Of a DNA stretch of 64,000 nucleotides, positions 62,865-64,000 are shown piece by piece. The stretch's first letter is position 1. Each line of letters begins with the position of its first letter. The notes below the pieces were generated by a model. The model searched no databases. It was not told the DNA's origin and worked only from the letters and a program-made list of their open reading frames with translations. The DNA is from a virus: positions 40,852-104,851 of the IMG/VR virus record IMGVR_UViG_3300030419_006839. The stretch is one strand, 5' to 3'. A program made the translations under genes and the position numbers.

Positions 62865-63605
62865 ATGAATAAGCAAACAATTTTAAAAGCATATAACGGT
62901 GATACAATAGCAAAAACTCAAACATACAACCACTATAGAAAAGTCTTGAAAAGTATGCTATATGGGTATAATTTTGATTTAGATCCTTCAATTTGTTCAG
63001 AAGATGTTGCTCAAGTGGCATTACCTGAAGCAATGAAGAGATTTTTTAAGAATTTAGACACTAATCAGATTGATAAGTTTGATTCATTTGCTAAATCTAA
63101 TATTAATTTTGCAATAAAGCATTTCATACAGTCTCAGAAGTCAAAAAATAATGGTCGAAGGTTGTTTTTTAGTATGGATGCACCTAAGAAATCTTCAAGT
63201 GTTGAAAAAAGTGGTGATTTTTTCTATCATGAAGACATAAAGAATGAAAGATGGTCTATGGAGGAGAAATTAGTTTATGGGGATACTAAGGATGAAATGT
63301 TGAAGCTGATTTCTAAAGCACAGGTTAAATCTCAGGGTTTTAAATCATTAAATCCAAAGTTTACTGAGATTGCAAAAGAGGTTATTTCTGGAAATAGTTG
63401 TAGAACCAACTTAGCTAAAGATTATGATCTATCAATATCATCTATTACTAGGTTTATTACAGAAATTATGTATCCGTGTTGTTTAATGGCTATTGATAAG
63501 CATACAACGTATAAAAGAATGGGTCAACACCTAAATAAAAGTGCAAAAGGGTTAATCGTACAGGAAAAGGGTACGGAATTTGCTAAGAAAGTAGGTTATA
63601 TTTAA
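62865..63605 (+). CDS. Putative phage RNA polymerase sigma factor (divergent)
   Basis: 'KAYNGDTIA', region-2-like 'EDVAQVALPEAMKRF...KFDSFAKSNINFAIKHFI', 'FSMDAP', HTH 'NLAKDYDLSISSITR'; RBS AAAGGA before ATG 62865. Confidence 0.65.
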   Translation: MNKQTILKAYNGDTIAKTQTYNHYRKVLKSMLYGYNFDLDPSICSEDVAQVALPEAMKRFFKNLDTNQIDKFDSFAKSNINFAIKHFIQSQKSKNNGRRLFFSMDAPKKSSSVEKSGDFFYHEDIKNERWSMEEKLVYGDTKDEMLKLISKAQVKSQGFKSLNPKFTEIAKEVISGNSCRTNLAKDYDLSISSITRFITEIMYPCCLMAIDKHTTYKRMGQHLNKSAKGLIVQEKGTEFAKKVGYI

Positions 63606-63633
63606 ACAATATATAAAAAATCACATATTTTAT

Positions 63634-63665
63634 AGACGTAAGAGAAATCTTACGTCTTTTTTTTT
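63634..63665 (+). terminator. Intrinsic terminator
   Basis: AGACGTAAGA-GAAA-TCTTACGTCT plus T run. Confidence 0.9.
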
Positions 63666-63749
63666 GCCTTTTTTTAAATTACTTGTTATAATTAAAAAAG
63701 AACTTGAAATCAGTATAGGTTTTCGAGAATATATTTAGAGGAATCAAAT

Positions 63750-64000
63750 ATGGGTAAAAAAAGAACCAACTTTCCTAGTTATGGTGACGATGAAAAAATA
63801 AGCATCTCCAATAGTAGATTTAAACAATTCGACTATGAATATGCTTTAAAGCTTAAAGAAGAATACCCAAAAATATGGAAAATGGCAGGTACAGGTGGAA
63901 ATCCACCAACTTCATTTACAGGTAATGATGCTTTTCGACTTTGGGGTAAATATCGTGCAGGAGAGCGTACACCATCAGTTTTATCTTGGATTAAGAGAAG
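63750..64000 (+). CDS. Partial phage protein (runs off the window)
   Basis: GAGG SD; open frame MGKKRTNFPSYGDDEKISISNS... Confidence 0.55.
   Translation, partial: MGKKRTNFPSYGDDEKISISNSRFKQFDYEYALKLKEEYPKIWKMAGTGGNPPTSFTGNDAFRLWGKYRAGERTPSVLSWIKR

Noticed and set aside
1-64000. Alternative genetic code, tRNA genes, or a host chromosomal origin for the flagellin and Fe-S genes
   Set aside because: Long genes are intact in the standard code, no tRNA cloverleaf was spotted by eye (tRNAscan not run), and the host-like genes are embedded among typical phage ORFs with similar AT-rich composition.

Overview
AT-rich, gene-dense segment of a large tailed dsDNA phage genome; no host housekeeping operons, rRNA, tRNA or CRISPR array were recognised. 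From 1 to 39 kb on the + strand: tail genes (tape-measure end, a 3318-aa adhesin-like protein), DnaE, SbcC-N/SbcD, an auxiliary block (SemiSWEET, PiT-like transporter, ferredoxin, glutaredoxin, IscA/ErpA, NfuA), a divergent flagellin, ThyX, dNMP kinase, DenV-like glycosylase and a GH108 endolysin, with Hsp20 on the - strand. From 39.4 to 50.6 kb on the - strand: an early-type region of short ORFs (DNA ligase, Gp88-like, T7 Ocr-like) behind 11 copies of one promoter. From 52.5 to 62.7 kb on the - strand: SbcC-C, SSB, portal, a split terminase, RecU, an orphan intein-type endonuclease and an exonuclease, followed by a divergent sigma-like gene. Main hypothesis: the phage uses the host flagellar regulon as its developmental switch. 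It has 16 sigma28/FliA-like promoters (TAAAGTT-N11-GTCGATA), one of them driving the phage sigma-like gene. A second promoter class (AGTAAA-N17-YGTTAT) drives the packaging operon, which contains an IF2_N-FlgM (anti-sigma28) fusion gene sitting between the two terminase halves. It also encodes a flagellin and YjfB-like peptides. Several motifs suggest a Poribacteria-like host. Candidate structured RNAs and a ROSE-like thermometer were also found. All protein calls are by-eye motif recognition; no database search was run.
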